Notes under the pieces: generated by a model | What the model was told of the DNA's origin: nothing | The model's database searches: none | What the model saw: the letters and a program-made list of their open reading frames with translations, nothing else | Origin: Nitrospirota bacterium | Lineage (GTDB): Bacteria > Nitrospirota > UBA9217 | DNA: 64,000 bases | Direction of reading: 5' to 3' | Assembly (NCBI GenBank): GCA_035490495.1 | Contig: DATHDE010000085.1 | Span: 1,885 to 65,884, forward strand | Shown: piece by piece, positions 48,301-57,257 of the stretch | Position numbering within the stretch: position 1 is the first letter of the stretch | Layout of the letters: each line of letters starts with the position of its first letter | Program-made: the position numbers and the translations under genes

Positions 48301-51300
48301 ATGAAGACAACAAGCCATATCATCCGTCCTGTTCTGGACGATATTCAATCAGGAAAAAAACAAATTGAAGTAAGCGAACTCTGGGGGGGGGCTAAGGCCC
48401 TTTTTTTGTTCGGCATGGCGCGGGAGGCAGCCGGACCGATCATTGTCGTGACACCAGCAGAGGAATCCGCTGAATCCCTGGCCGAAGACCTTTCCTTTTT
48501 TCTCCAGAAAACACCGGCGGAAGAACATGGCGCAGGTGGGGAGGTATTCTCTTTTCCTTCCTGGGGTATTCTGCCTTTTGCCGCTGACTCGCCGGACAGC
48601 GCTACCGTGGGCGAGCGTATGCGGTTTCTGTACAGCCTGCTCTCCGGAAAGCGCGGGGTGTACATCGTGCCGGCGGCGTCGCTCATGCAGAAGCTCCCTC
48701 CCTGGGAGCTTTTTGCCGATTCGGTCAAAACCATCACAAAACAAACCCTGCTCGACCCAGAGAACCTTTCTTCTACTCTCGCTTCCCTCGGCTATGAATC
48801 GTCGTCCCTGGTCACGCGCGTGGGCGAGTTCAGCAGGCGTGGCGGGATCGTTGATTATTTTTCGCCGCACCACGAACGGCCCCTGCGCCTTGAGTTTTTC
48901 GGGGATTCCATAGAATCCCTGCGGGCGTTCGATCCGGAAACGCAGCGCTCCATTGCCGATGTTAACGAGGCCGTTGGGCTCCCCGTGCGTGAGCTCATCG
49001 TTACACAGAAGGGGATAGAACAACTCAGCACACGCGTTCACGACCGGGCTGTGATCGATCATGCCCGGGAGGGCGCGCTAACCGAGGGTGCGGAATTCCT
49101 TGCACCGTTTTTCTATACTATGGACAGCCTTGTTGCCTATCTCCCCGAGAACAGCATCTTCGCTCTCATCGAGCCGGACGATGTTGCCAGGGAGCTCGAT
49201 TCACTTTATTCGAAGGTCGAAGCCGGGCGGCAAGAAGAGGTCAGCGAGAACAGGGTCCTGCCTGAAGTAGCCGAGTTCTACCTCAACCGGGAAGAGGTCT
49301 TTTCGGCGATCGAGCCGTTTGCGTCGATCCAGATGCCGCTTCTCGGAACGGGCGCGGGACTCCGCATGGACACGAAGTCAGCGTCCTGGCTCGGCGTGCG
49401 GCTAACCAAGCCTGTCGAGCAGGACCAGGATGCGAAGGAGCCAGTTGAAGGAACGATGGCAGGCGTCGTGGAGAAACTGAGGAGGCTCAGGGACTTCAAC
49501 CGCGTGGCGATCATAGCGGGAACGGACGAGGCCGCAATGAGGATCAAGAACCTGTTCATGGAATCAGGCCTCGGCGTGGCGCACGCGACTGCGATTGTAA
49601 CGCAGGATACCGGTCCATGGCCCATCGTGACGCTTACCGGCCGCTTGTCCGAAGGATTCGTGTGGCGGGACCTGGGCGTTTGTTTCATAACGGAGGAGGA
49701 GATCTTTGGAAAGAAGATCCACTCTGCGAGAAGCGCGTCCCGGGCTTCTCGGGTCTCGCCCTTTTTGTCGACGTTCAAGGAGCTCAAACCCGGGGACTTC
49801 ATCGTGCACACGGACTACGGCGTTGGCGAGTATCAGGGCCTGACGCATATCAATGTTGACGGATTCGAGACGGATTTCCTTTCCCTCCGGTACGAACCGG
49901 ACGCAAAATTGTATGTGCCGCTTTACAGCCTCGACAAGGTCCAGAAATATATCGGCATTGAAGGTTCGGCCCCGAAGCTTGACCGCCTCGGCGCGCCAGC
50001 GTGGGCCAGGACCAAGGAGAAAGTAAAGAAGGACATCCTCGCCATGGCGCAGGAATTGGTCGCCATCTATGCGGCGCGCGAAGCCCAGAGCAGGACGCCG
50101 TTTACGCAACCCGATAATCTCTATCGCGAGTTCGAGTCCGTGTTTCCGTACGACGAGACGCCTGACCAGCAGAAGGCAATCGAGGATGTACTTGCGGACA
50201 TGCAGCGGCCGCGGCCCATGGACCGGCTCGTGTGCGGTGACGTAGGATACGGGAAAACAGAAGTGGCGCTCCGGGCAGCGTTCAAGGCAGTGGAAGACGG
50301 GATGCAGGCAGCGGTGCTCGTGCCCACGACCCTGCTTGCGGACCAGCATTACCGAACTTTCTCGCAGCGGCTTGCTCCGTTCTCTGTGCGTGTGGAGATG
50401 CTGTCGCGTTTCAGATCGAGGGGCGAGCAGCAGGAAACACTCCGGGGGCTTAAAGGCGGTGTCGTGGACATCGTGATCGGTACGCACCGGCTGCTGCAGA
50501 AGGACGTCACGTTCAAGAACCTGGGGCTTCTCGTTGTGGACGAAGAGCACAAGTTCGGGGTGAAGCACAAGGAGCGGATCAAGGAATTCAAAAAGCTTGT
50601 TGACGTGCTGACACTCACTGCGACTCCCATCCCGCGCACGCTCCACATGTCGCTTTCAGGTATCCGCGATCTTTCGATCATTCAGACTCCGCCCCTCGAC
50701 CGGCAGGCGATCCAGGTCGTGCTCGCCCGGTTCGGGAAGCGCGTGATCCGCGAGGCGATCATGCACGAGCTCGGTCGCGGGGGGCAGGTCTTTTTTGTCC
50801 ACAACCGCGTTCAGGGCATCGAGCGCATGGCGGATTTTATCCGGAACCTCGTACCAGAAGCAAAGGTCGGGGTTGGCCACGGCCAGCTCAAGGAGGATGA
50901 AATTGAAGAGGTTATGAAAAAATTTATTGGGGGCGACCTCAATGTGCTTGTGACGACGACGATCATCGAGTCCGGCATCGACATCCCCAGCGCGAACACG
51001 ATCATCATCAACCGTGCAGACCGTTTCGGACTCGCGGATCTCTACCAGATCAAAGGCCGCGTGGGCAGAAGCAGGGAGAAGGCATATGCGTATCTGCTCG
51101 CGCCCGCGGACGAGACGCTCTCTGATGTAGCTCGCAAGCGGCTGCGCGCCATCCAGGAGCTCTCGGAGCTCGGTGCGGGGTTCCGCATAGCTGCCCAGGA
51201 TCTCGAAACGCGCGGGGCCGGCAACCTTTTGGGCAAGCAGCAGTCCGGCCACATCGCGGCAGTGGGGATCGACCTCTATACCCAGATGATGGAAGAAGCC

Positions 51301-51771
51301 ATGGCAGAGCTCAAAGGCACGGAGCTGTCCCCGGAAACGGATACCGTCATCAATATGCGTGCGTCCGCGTTCATCCCGGAAAGTTATATAGCCGATCCGA
51401 GCCTCCGGCTCGCTGCATACAAGGAGATATCGAGCGCAGGGGATGAGGCTGAGCTCCGCGACATCGGGGAGGGCCTCCGGGACCGGTACGGCGTGCTGCC
51501 TGAACCTGCTGCGAACCTGCTGCGAATCATGTCCGTCAAGCTCATCGCCCGGGAAGCGCGCGTTGCCCGGATTGACGCAGGAAAGGAACACCTCACGATC
51601 ACCTTTGCCGAGAATGCGAATATAGCACCGGAGCGGATCATGATTCTTCTCAAAAAAGGAGGGGGGAGGATCAAGCTTGCGGGAGAATACGCACTCCAGA
51701 TCACCCTCCCCGATGAAATGCTCGAAACTGCGGTGAATTCAGTGAAAAAGTGCTTGCAGGAACTGCTGTAG
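48301..51771 (+). CDS. mfd: transcription-repair coupling factor
   Basis: 1156 aa. UvrB-homology N-terminus, CarD-like RID (GDFIVHTDYGVGEY), SF2 translocase (GDVGYGKTEV, DEEH), TRG and C-terminal D7. Confidence 0.96.
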   Translation: MKTTSHIIRPVLDDIQSGKKQIEVSELWGGAKALFLFGMAREAAGPIIVVTPAEESAESLAEDLSFFLQKTPAEEHGAGGEVFSFPSWGILPFAADSPDSATVGERMRFLYSLLSGKRGVYIVPAASLMQKLPPWELFADSVKTITKQTLLDPENLSSTLASLGYESSSLVTRVGEFSRRGGIVDYFSPHHERPLRLEFFGDSIESLRAFDPETQRSIADVNEAVGLPVRELIVTQKGIEQLSTRVHDRAVIDHAREGALTEGAEFLAPFFYTMDSLVAYLPENSIFALIEPDDVARELDSLYSKVEAGRQEEVSENRVLPEVAEFYLNREEVFSAIEPFASIQMPLLGTGAGLRMDTKSASWLGVRLTKPVEQDQDAKEPVEGTMAGVVEKLRRLRDFNRVAIIAGTDEAAMRIKNLFMESGLGVAHATAIVTQDTGPWPIVTLTGRLSEGFVWRDLGVCFITEEEIFGKKIHSARSASRASRVSPFLSTFKELKPGDFIVHTDYGVGEYQGLTHINVDGFETDFLSLRYEPDAKLYVPLYSLDKVQKYIGIEGSAPKLDRLGAPAWARTKEKVKKDILAMAQELVAIYAAREAQSRTPFTQPDNLYREFESVFPYDETPDQQKAIEDVLADMQRPRPMDRLVCGDVGYGKTEVALRAAFKAVEDGMQAAVLVPTTLLADQHYRTFSQRLAPFSVRVEMLSRFRSRGEQQETLRGLKGGVVDIVIGTHRLLQKDVTFKNLGLLVVDEEHKFGVKHKERIKEFKKLVDVLTLTATPIPRTLHMSLSGIRDLSIIQTPPLDRQAIQVVLARFGKRVIREAIMHELGRGGQVFFVHNRVQGIERMADFIRNLVPEAKVGVGHGQLKEDEIEEVMKKFIGGDLNVLVTTTIIESGIDIPSANTIIINRADRFGLADLYQIKGRVGRSREKAYAYLLAPADETLSDVARKRLRAIQELSELGAGFRIAAQDLETRGAGNLLGKQQSGHIAAVGIDLYTQMMEEAMAELKGTELSPETDTVINMRASAFIPESYIADPSLRLAAYKEISSAGDEAELRDIGEGLRDRYGVLPEPAANLLRIMSVKLIAREARVARIDAGKEHLTITFAENANIAPERIMILLKKGGGRIKLAGEYALQITLPDEMLETAVNSVKKCLQELL

Positions 51772-51863
51772 TGTGCTATAAGTTCCAGGTGCTTTGTCTT
51801 ACCACCACGCATCGATACCTACTTCCAAAGCTGTAAATACCACTCACTGGAGGAACTCACTAC

Positions 51864-52565
51864 ATGAACAGAATCATACCAGCTGGCATCGCATTGATGC
51901 TCGCACTTATCGTCGCCGCAACGGGTTGCAACAAGGCCTCGGACGGCGCCGTGCTGGCCAAGGTCAATAATGGCGCTATTACGGCTACGGACTTCAAACA
52001 GCAGGTCGATGAACTGGCTCCGCAGATGCGGCAGGCAGTCATGACCGACCCCAAGGCGCGCAAGGAGTTTCTTGAAGACCTGATCGGCATCGAACTCGTG
52101 CTGCAGGAAGCTAAACGGCAGGGGCTGGACAAGGATGCCGACTTCAAGAAAAAAGAGGATGCCATGCGCAAGGAGCTCGAGCGCAGGATCCAGGAAGAGA
52201 GAAAAAACGAGCTCTTTAATAGCGTACTGAAGAAGGACCTTGGCGACAAAATGGCCAAGGTGACGCCGCCCACGGACAAGGAAGTGCGTGATTATTTCGA
52301 TGCGAACAAGGAGAAAATCCTTGCAGCCGTCGGCAAAAAAGTGGCGCTGAAGGACATCGAGCCGCAGCTCAAGATGCGCATGATGCAGGAAAAGCGGCGG
52401 GACATTTACCTCGAATATTCCAAGTCACTCAAGGAGAAGGCCAAGATCTCGATCGACGACAAGGCCGTGGATACCCTGATCGCGGACATGTCCAAGCCGT
52501 CGAATGTCGATCTCTCGAACATTAAAGTGCAGCCCGCCCCCAAAAAAGAAGAAGCACAAAAGTAA
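51864..52565 (+). CDS. SurA N-terminal-domain-like periplasmic chaperone lipoprotein (no PPIase domain)
   Basis: Lipobox (VAATGC). AKVNNGAITATDFKQQV... matches the SurA_N-type helical domain. Confidence 0.65.
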   Translation: MNRIIPAGIALMLALIVAATGCNKASDGAVLAKVNNGAITATDFKQQVDELAPQMRQAVMTDPKARKEFLEDLIGIELVLQEAKRQGLDKDADFKKKEDAMRKELERRIQEERKNELFNSVLKKDLGDKMAKVTPPTDKEVRDYFDANKEKILAAVGKKVALKDIEPQLKMRMMQEKRRDIYLEYSKSLKEKAKISIDDKAVDTLIADMSKPSNVDLSNIKVQPAPKKEEAQK

Positions 52566-52576
52566 TTGTCAACGCC

Positions 52577-53542
52577 ATGAAGAACTCACGACTCACCTAC
52601 TGCCTGGCCCCAGCACTCCTGCTGGGGCTGGTCTTTTTCGGGTGCAAGAAGAAGACAGAAGAAAAACCGCCTGTACCCCCGCCGGTCGTTGAAGAAAATG
52701 CCTCGGTCAAGATAGTCGCCACGGTGAACGGAGATCCGATCACGCTCGGGGAATTTCAGGAACGCTTCGCCCGCGCCGGATACAAGTACGACCAGGAGAC
52801 CGCCCGTGAGGTGAAGGAGGACTTTCTGAACCGACTCATCGAGCGCAAGATGATGCTGCGCGAGGCGCAGCGCAGACGCATCAAAGTCGGCCTTCCCGAG
52901 ATCAACAAGAGAATCGATGCGATCCGTGAAGAAAACGGGAAAGATGTCAAAGAGTCGCTCGCGGGGCTTGGCATTGACTTCGAAAAATGGAAGTCGGACC
53001 TCTGGGAGGACATGATGATTGAGCGCCTCCTGGCGCGCGACGTAAGCCGGCAGGTGAATGTCACCCCGCAGGATATCCGGCGTTACTACCAGGCCAATAC
53101 GACGGAGTTCGAGCGGCCTGAGCAGGTCCGGGCCCGCCAGATCGTCGTCACCACGGAGGAGGATGCACAAAAGGTCCTGCAGTCGCTGCGCGAGGGGCAT
53201 GCGGACTTTGCATTGATCGCCCGGCAAAAATCAACGGCGCCTGAAGCGGACAGGGGCGGCGACCTGGGATATTTCAGCAAGGGAGAAATGCCGGCGGAAT
53301 TCGACGTTGTCTTCGGCCTGGACAAGGGCGAATTAAGCGGGATTGTGAAGAGCCCCTACGGGTTCCATATCTTCAAGCTCGAAGACCGGCGTAAACCGCG
53401 CGTCATGAGCCTTGAAGAGGCGAGCAAGATGATTTCCGAAAAGCTTTCCAGGGAAAAGGCAGACCAGCGCTACAAACAGTGGCTCAGGGAACTGAGGTCG
53501 AGAACGAAGTTCGAGGTGAACTACCAGGCGCTGCGGCAGTAG
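52577..53542 (+). CDS. parvulin-type peptidyl-prolyl isomerase (PrsA/SurA-like)
   Basis: Lipobox-like signal (VFFGC), SurA_N-like region, and rotamase motif (RARQIVV...GGDLGYFSKGEM...GFHIFKLEDR). Confidence 0.85.
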   Translation: MKNSRLTYCLAPALLLGLVFFGCKKKTEEKPPVPPPVVEENASVKIVATVNGDPITLGEFQERFARAGYKYDQETAREVKEDFLNRLIERKMMLREAQRRRIKVGLPEINKRIDAIREENGKDVKESLAGLGIDFEKWKSDLWEDMMIERLLARDVSRQVNVTPQDIRRYYQANTTEFERPEQVRARQIVVTTEEDAQKVLQSLREGHADFALIARQKSTAPEADRGGDLGYFSKGEMPAEFDVVFGLDKGELSGIVKSPYGFHIFKLEDRRKPRVMSLEEASKMISEKLSREKADQRYKQWLRELRSRTKFEVNYQALRQ

Positions 53543-54623
53543 CCGCTGAACGCGATACGGACGGAGCGCTCCGCACTGTTGTTCCGGCCGGCAGGCTGAT
53601 CACGCCCCGGCTGTCGGTGATCTCCAGCCTTGTATTGAACCGCTCGGAAGCGGCATTAAGGCTGGAGAGGACCTCTTCAGCCGCCTTTCCTTCAAGAACG
53701 CGCGGCCGATATTTCACCCGGTAGTTGTTCACATCCAGCGGGACCGCTTCGACACGGCTGAGTGTATTGCCCTGAAAGGTCAAAAGAAGTATCATGCTCG
53801 TGTTTGTTCGGTTGCTTTCCGAACCGAAAACAAAGTTCCCGAGGCTATAGGCGATGAGGCGGCCTTTGTACAGCTCGATTTCCTGCAGAACATGCGGGTG
53901 GTGCCCCAGCACGAGATCCGCTCCCCAGTCGATGCAGGAGTGGCCGAGTTCGATCTGGTAATCTTTTGCCGTGGTCATGAGTTCCGCGCCCCAGTGGAAC
54001 GACACGATCACGAGATCGGCTGCGGACCGTATTCGTTCGATGTCCGCTTTCACATAATCGGCATAGCCGGGCGCGGTTCCCGGCCTGCGGGGCGAAGCAT
54101 AGAACTCGAGCGGGAAGGTGAGGGAATACGACAGAAAGGCAAGGGTCCTTCCCTTGATTTTCAGGATCGCGGGTGCACGTGCATCCTCGAGGTCCATTCC
54201 CGCCCCGCTGTAGAGAATATCGTTGTCGTCGAGGATGGACAGTGTGTCCTGAAGCGCCAGCGGACCGAAATCCATGCTATGGTTGTTGGCGAGCGTCACG
54301 ACGCGGATGCCCGCGGCCGTGAGTGCCTGAACAGCGATCGGATCCGCCCGCAGCGTGAACTTTTTGTTCTCCACGGCCGTGCCTCGTGTGGAGATAGGGG
54401 ATTCGAGGTTTCCCGCCACGACATCGGCGCGGGAGAGATAGGGCAGTACATTGCCGAAGGGATAGGCGGCTCCCTGTTCCTTCAGGAATGGCCCGGTTCT
54501 GCCCCCCAGCATGAGGTCCCCAACCGCGGCAATCGTGATTTGGTCCGCGGGAGGCTGCTGTGCTGCAGCGGGATGAGCTACGATGAGATACAGCAAGAGT
54601 GCTGTGCAGAGCGAGTGTTTCAT
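53484..54623 (-). CDS. CapA-family (PGA_cap metallophosphatase-like) protein
   Basis: Signal peptide. AAVGDLMLGG, ANNHSMDFG, GHHPHVLQ motifs. Its 3' end overlaps the convergent PPIase gene by 59 nt. Confidence 0.85.
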   Translation of the reverse strand: MKHSLCTALLLYLIVAHPAAAQQPPADQITIAAVGDLMLGGRTGPFLKEQGAAYPFGNVLPYLSRADVVAGNLESPISTRGTAVENKKFTLRADPIAVQALTAAGIRVVTLANNHSMDFGPLALQDTLSILDDNDILYSGAGMDLEDARAPAILKIKGRTLAFLSYSLTFPLEFYASPRRPGTAPGYADYVKADIERIRSAADLVIVSFHWGAELMTTAKDYQIELGHSCIDWGADLVLGHHPHVLQEIELYKGRLIAYSLGNFVFGSESNRTNTSMILLLTFQGNTLSRVEAVPLDVNNYRVKYRPRVLEGKAAEEVLSSLNAASERFNTRLEITDSRGVISLPAGTTVRSAPSVSRSAATAAAPGSSPRTSFSTSVP

Positions 54624-54717
54624 CGGGATAGTCCCGTCCTGGCAAAGTGTACTGGATGATAATCAACTCGCCGCGAAAAGGCAACAGGAAAAACAGCGGG
54701 CGAATTGGAGAGGGTTC

Positions 54718-55653
54718 ATGAGAAATATTCTACTTGCGATTGTGGGTGCAACCACGGTCCTGTTTTTCAGTGCGATAAAGGGGACAGCCAGCGGGTCCGT
54801 TGTCGTGGACCGTGTGGTGGCGATCGTAAACGAAGACATCATCACGCTGAGCGATCTGCAGCGAGAAGAAGCCCTTCGAAAGAGCGACACGAAGCTGGAC
54901 GAGAAGGTGCTTCTCGAAGACATGATCGACCGCAAGCTTCAGATGGCCGCCGCCAAGCGTGCGGGCATGGATGTTACGGACAAGGAGCTTTCGGACGCCG
55001 TCGAAGACATTATGAAGCGGAATTCGATGAACACGAAACAGTTCGAAGCGGCCATTGGAAAAGAAGGTCTCACGCTCGAACAATATCGGACGGAACTGCG
55101 CGAACAGATGACGATGTCGCGCATGTTCAACAAATACGTGCGCAGCGGTATTACCGTAAACGATCAGGAAGCCCGCGACTACTATGACCACAATCACGCA
55201 CTCTACTCGCTGCCAGAGGAAATCCGTCTCCGCCAGATCCAGTTCCCCCTGCCGCAGAATGCCAGTGCAGCGCAGATGGATGCCGTTAAAACGAAAGCCC
55301 AGGCCGTGCTCGAACGGGCGCGCAAAGGCGAGGAATTCCGTTCCCTGGCTTATGAAAATCAGTCAGGCGAAGGACCGGCAGATGGGGATCTCGGTTTCAT
55401 CCAGCGCCAGCATGTCCTTCCCGAGATCGAAGCAGCAACTCGCTCGCTGAAACCGGGTGAGATTGCCGGCCTTGTTCTGTGCGCCGGAGCATACCGCATC
55501 TTCAAACTTGAAGAGATACGCACGCCGCTCAAGCCGTTCGAAAAAGTGAAGGACGAGATCATGACTACGCTCTACCAGGAAAAAGTCGAAAATACCTACC
55601 GGACCTGGCTCCAGACGCTCAGAAGCGAATCGCATATCGAGAACAGATTATAA
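54718..55653 (+). CDS. surA: SurA-like periplasmic chaperone / parvulin PPIase
   Basis: Start moved to MRNILLAIVGATT (signal peptide, GGAG RBS). VDRVVAIVNEDIITLSDL SurA_N domain plus a rotamase domain (IRLRQI...DGDLGFI...YRIFKLEE). Confidence 0.8.
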   Translation: MRNILLAIVGATTVLFFSAIKGTASGSVVVDRVVAIVNEDIITLSDLQREEALRKSDTKLDEKVLLEDMIDRKLQMAAAKRAGMDVTDKELSDAVEDIMKRNSMNTKQFEAAIGKEGLTLEQYRTELREQMTMSRMFNKYVRSGITVNDQEARDYYDHNHALYSLPEEIRLRQIQFPLPQNASAAQMDAVKTKAQAVLERARKGEEFRSLAYENQSGEGPADGDLGFIQRQHVLPEIEAATRSLKPGEIAGLVLCAGAYRIFKLEEIRTPLKPFEKVKDEIMTTLYQEKVENTYRTWLQTLRSESHIENRL

Positions 55654-55778
55654 TGAGATTGATGATGTACGATTGAAGATTGGAGATTGTGTCAGCGTGA
55701 TGGCGCTCGCGGTTCATGCTTGAACTTCGCTGCACGCGCACCTCTTAACCGGCACTCGACCATTGGAAATCCTTAATT

Positions 55779-56963
55779 GTGCCCCCAGAAATCATGCCCT
55801 CCACCGTCCGTTTACAACAGAAAGAAGAGCGCCGCATCGCACGCGGTCACCCGTGGATTTTCAGCAATGAACTGAAGGACCTTCCGAAGAACCTCGAACC
55901 GGGGTCTATTGTCGACGTGCTTGATTCTGCGGGAAAGTTCGTGGGGCGAGGGTACGCCAATCCGCGCTCGCTTATCACGGTCCGAGTTCTGACACGAAAA
56001 AATGATGAAGGCATCGACGGCGATTTTTTCAAGCGCCGCATCAAAGCGGCGCTCGAACTCAGAAGGGATTTTGGCTTCGGAGCGTCTTTTCGCGCCGTGT
56101 ACAGTGAAGGCGACGGCCTGCCCGGTCTTGTCGTTGACAAATACAGCGACACGCTCGTGATCCAGTCCCTGACCGCGGGCATCGATCGCCTGATCGAACT
56201 TATCATTCCCGCCCTTGAGGAGCACCTCGCGCCTCGTGCCGTTGTGCTCAGAAACGATGCGGGTGCGCGAGACCTCGAAGGGCTTCCCCGGGAAAAGCGT
56301 GTCATTCGCGGCGAGGTGACGGGGCCGATCGCCATCGAGGAATCAGGAATATCCTATCTGGTCGATGTACTGGAGGGGCAAAAGACAGGATTTTTCTTTG
56401 ACCAGCGTGAAAACCGGCTGGCGCTCAGGGATTACGTTCGCGGCCGCCGTACCCTCGATTGTTTTTGCTATATCGGCGCCTGGTCGCTCAGCGCTTTACG
56501 ATTCGGTGCATCGGAAGTACTCGGCATCGACTCGTCGGAAAAGGCAGTGAGTGCCGCGCGGGAGAATGCAGCACGGAACAAGCTGAATGCCCGGTTTGCA
56601 GCTGCCGATGTATTTGACGAACTGCGCGCTCTCGAGAAAAGCCGGGAACGCTTCGGCTGCATCATTCTCGATCCGCCCGCCTTTGTCAAGAGCAGGTCCA
56701 AGGTGCGAGAGGCGCTCAAGGGCTACAAGGAGATCAACCTCCGGGCCATGAAGCTGCTGGAGCCGGGAGGCGTACTCGTCACCTGTTCATGCTCCCATCA
56801 TATTGATGAGGAGCTGTTCAGGGAAATGCTTATCGACGCCGCCTGGTCTGCGGGCAGGCGCGTGCGCGTCTTCGAAGTGCGGACACAGGCGCGCGATCAT
56901 CCTGTGCTGCTCGCAGCCAGGGAGACGCAATATTTAAAGTGTTTTATTCTTGCGATTGATTAA
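55779..56963 (+). CDS. PUA-domain class I SAM-dependent rRNA methyltransferase (RlmI/RlmK-like)
   Basis: RIARGHPWIFSNEL PUA-type N-terminus and a C-terminal SAM MTase (LDCFCYIGAWS..., ILDPPAF). The start is GTG 55779 or ATG 55794. Confidence 0.85.
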   Translation: MPPEIMPSTVRLQQKEERRIARGHPWIFSNELKDLPKNLEPGSIVDVLDSAGKFVGRGYANPRSLITVRVLTRKNDEGIDGDFFKRRIKAALELRRDFGFGASFRAVYSEGDGLPGLVVDKYSDTLVIQSLTAGIDRLIELIIPALEEHLAPRAVVLRNDAGARDLEGLPREKRVIRGEVTGPIAIEESGISYLVDVLEGQKTGFFFDQRENRLALRDYVRGRRTLDCFCYIGAWSLSALRFGASEVLGIDSSEKAVSAARENAARNKLNARFAAADVFDELRALEKSRERFGCIILDPPAFVKSRSKVREALKGYKEINLRAMKLLEPGGVLVTCSCSHHIDEELFREMLIDAAWSAGRRVRVFEVRTQARDHPVLLAARETQYLKCFILAID

Positions 56964-57081
56964 CGCTCGACACCGTTTCAGCCGGAAGGAATATCTGACA
57001 CGGATAATTCCCGATAAAAAAATGACAAAAACTTCTGGCACCAGTCTCATTCGTCACGAGGAGCGACTGGCAAGTTTTAGC

Positions 57082-57111
57082 TTGACGAACCGTTGTCCGA
57101 TGTGTTACATA
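57082..57111 (+). promoter_or_regulatory. possible promoter of tRNA-Val
   Basis: TTGACG (57082-57087), an 18-nt spacer, then TACATA (57106-57111). Lies 12 nt before the tRNA 5' end. Confidence 0.35.
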
Positions 57112-57122
57112 TTACTCGCTTC

Positions 57123-57197
57123 GGGCGATTAGCTCAGCGGGAGAGCACTGCCTTCACACGGCAGGGGTCGCTGGTTCAAACCCAGCATCGCCCACCA
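57123..57197 (+). tRNA. tRNA-Val (anticodon CAC), CCA encoded
   Basis: 75 nt. GGGCGAU acceptor, D-arm GCUCAGCGGGAGAGC, anticodon arm CUGCC-UUCACAC-GGCAG, T-loop UUCAAAC. Confidence 0.92.
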
Positions 57198-57257
57198 TCT
57201 CATTAAAAAAAGGACCTGGCCCGATGCTGCCAAGTCCTTTTTTCATTTCACCCGGTA

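Noticed and set aside
48383-48391. G9 homopolymer inside mfd, considered as a phase-variation tract.
   Set aside because: mfd is an intact, conserved housekeeping gene read in frame (W-G-G-A). The tract serves instead as a control showing that such runs occur in core genes of this genome.
57205-57245. AAAAAAAGGAC...GTCCTTTTTT between tRNA-Val and glgP, considered as a bidirectional terminator.
   Set aside because: The stem is only 5-6 bp with an 18-nt loop. That is too weak to call, although the flanking A and T runs are suggestive.
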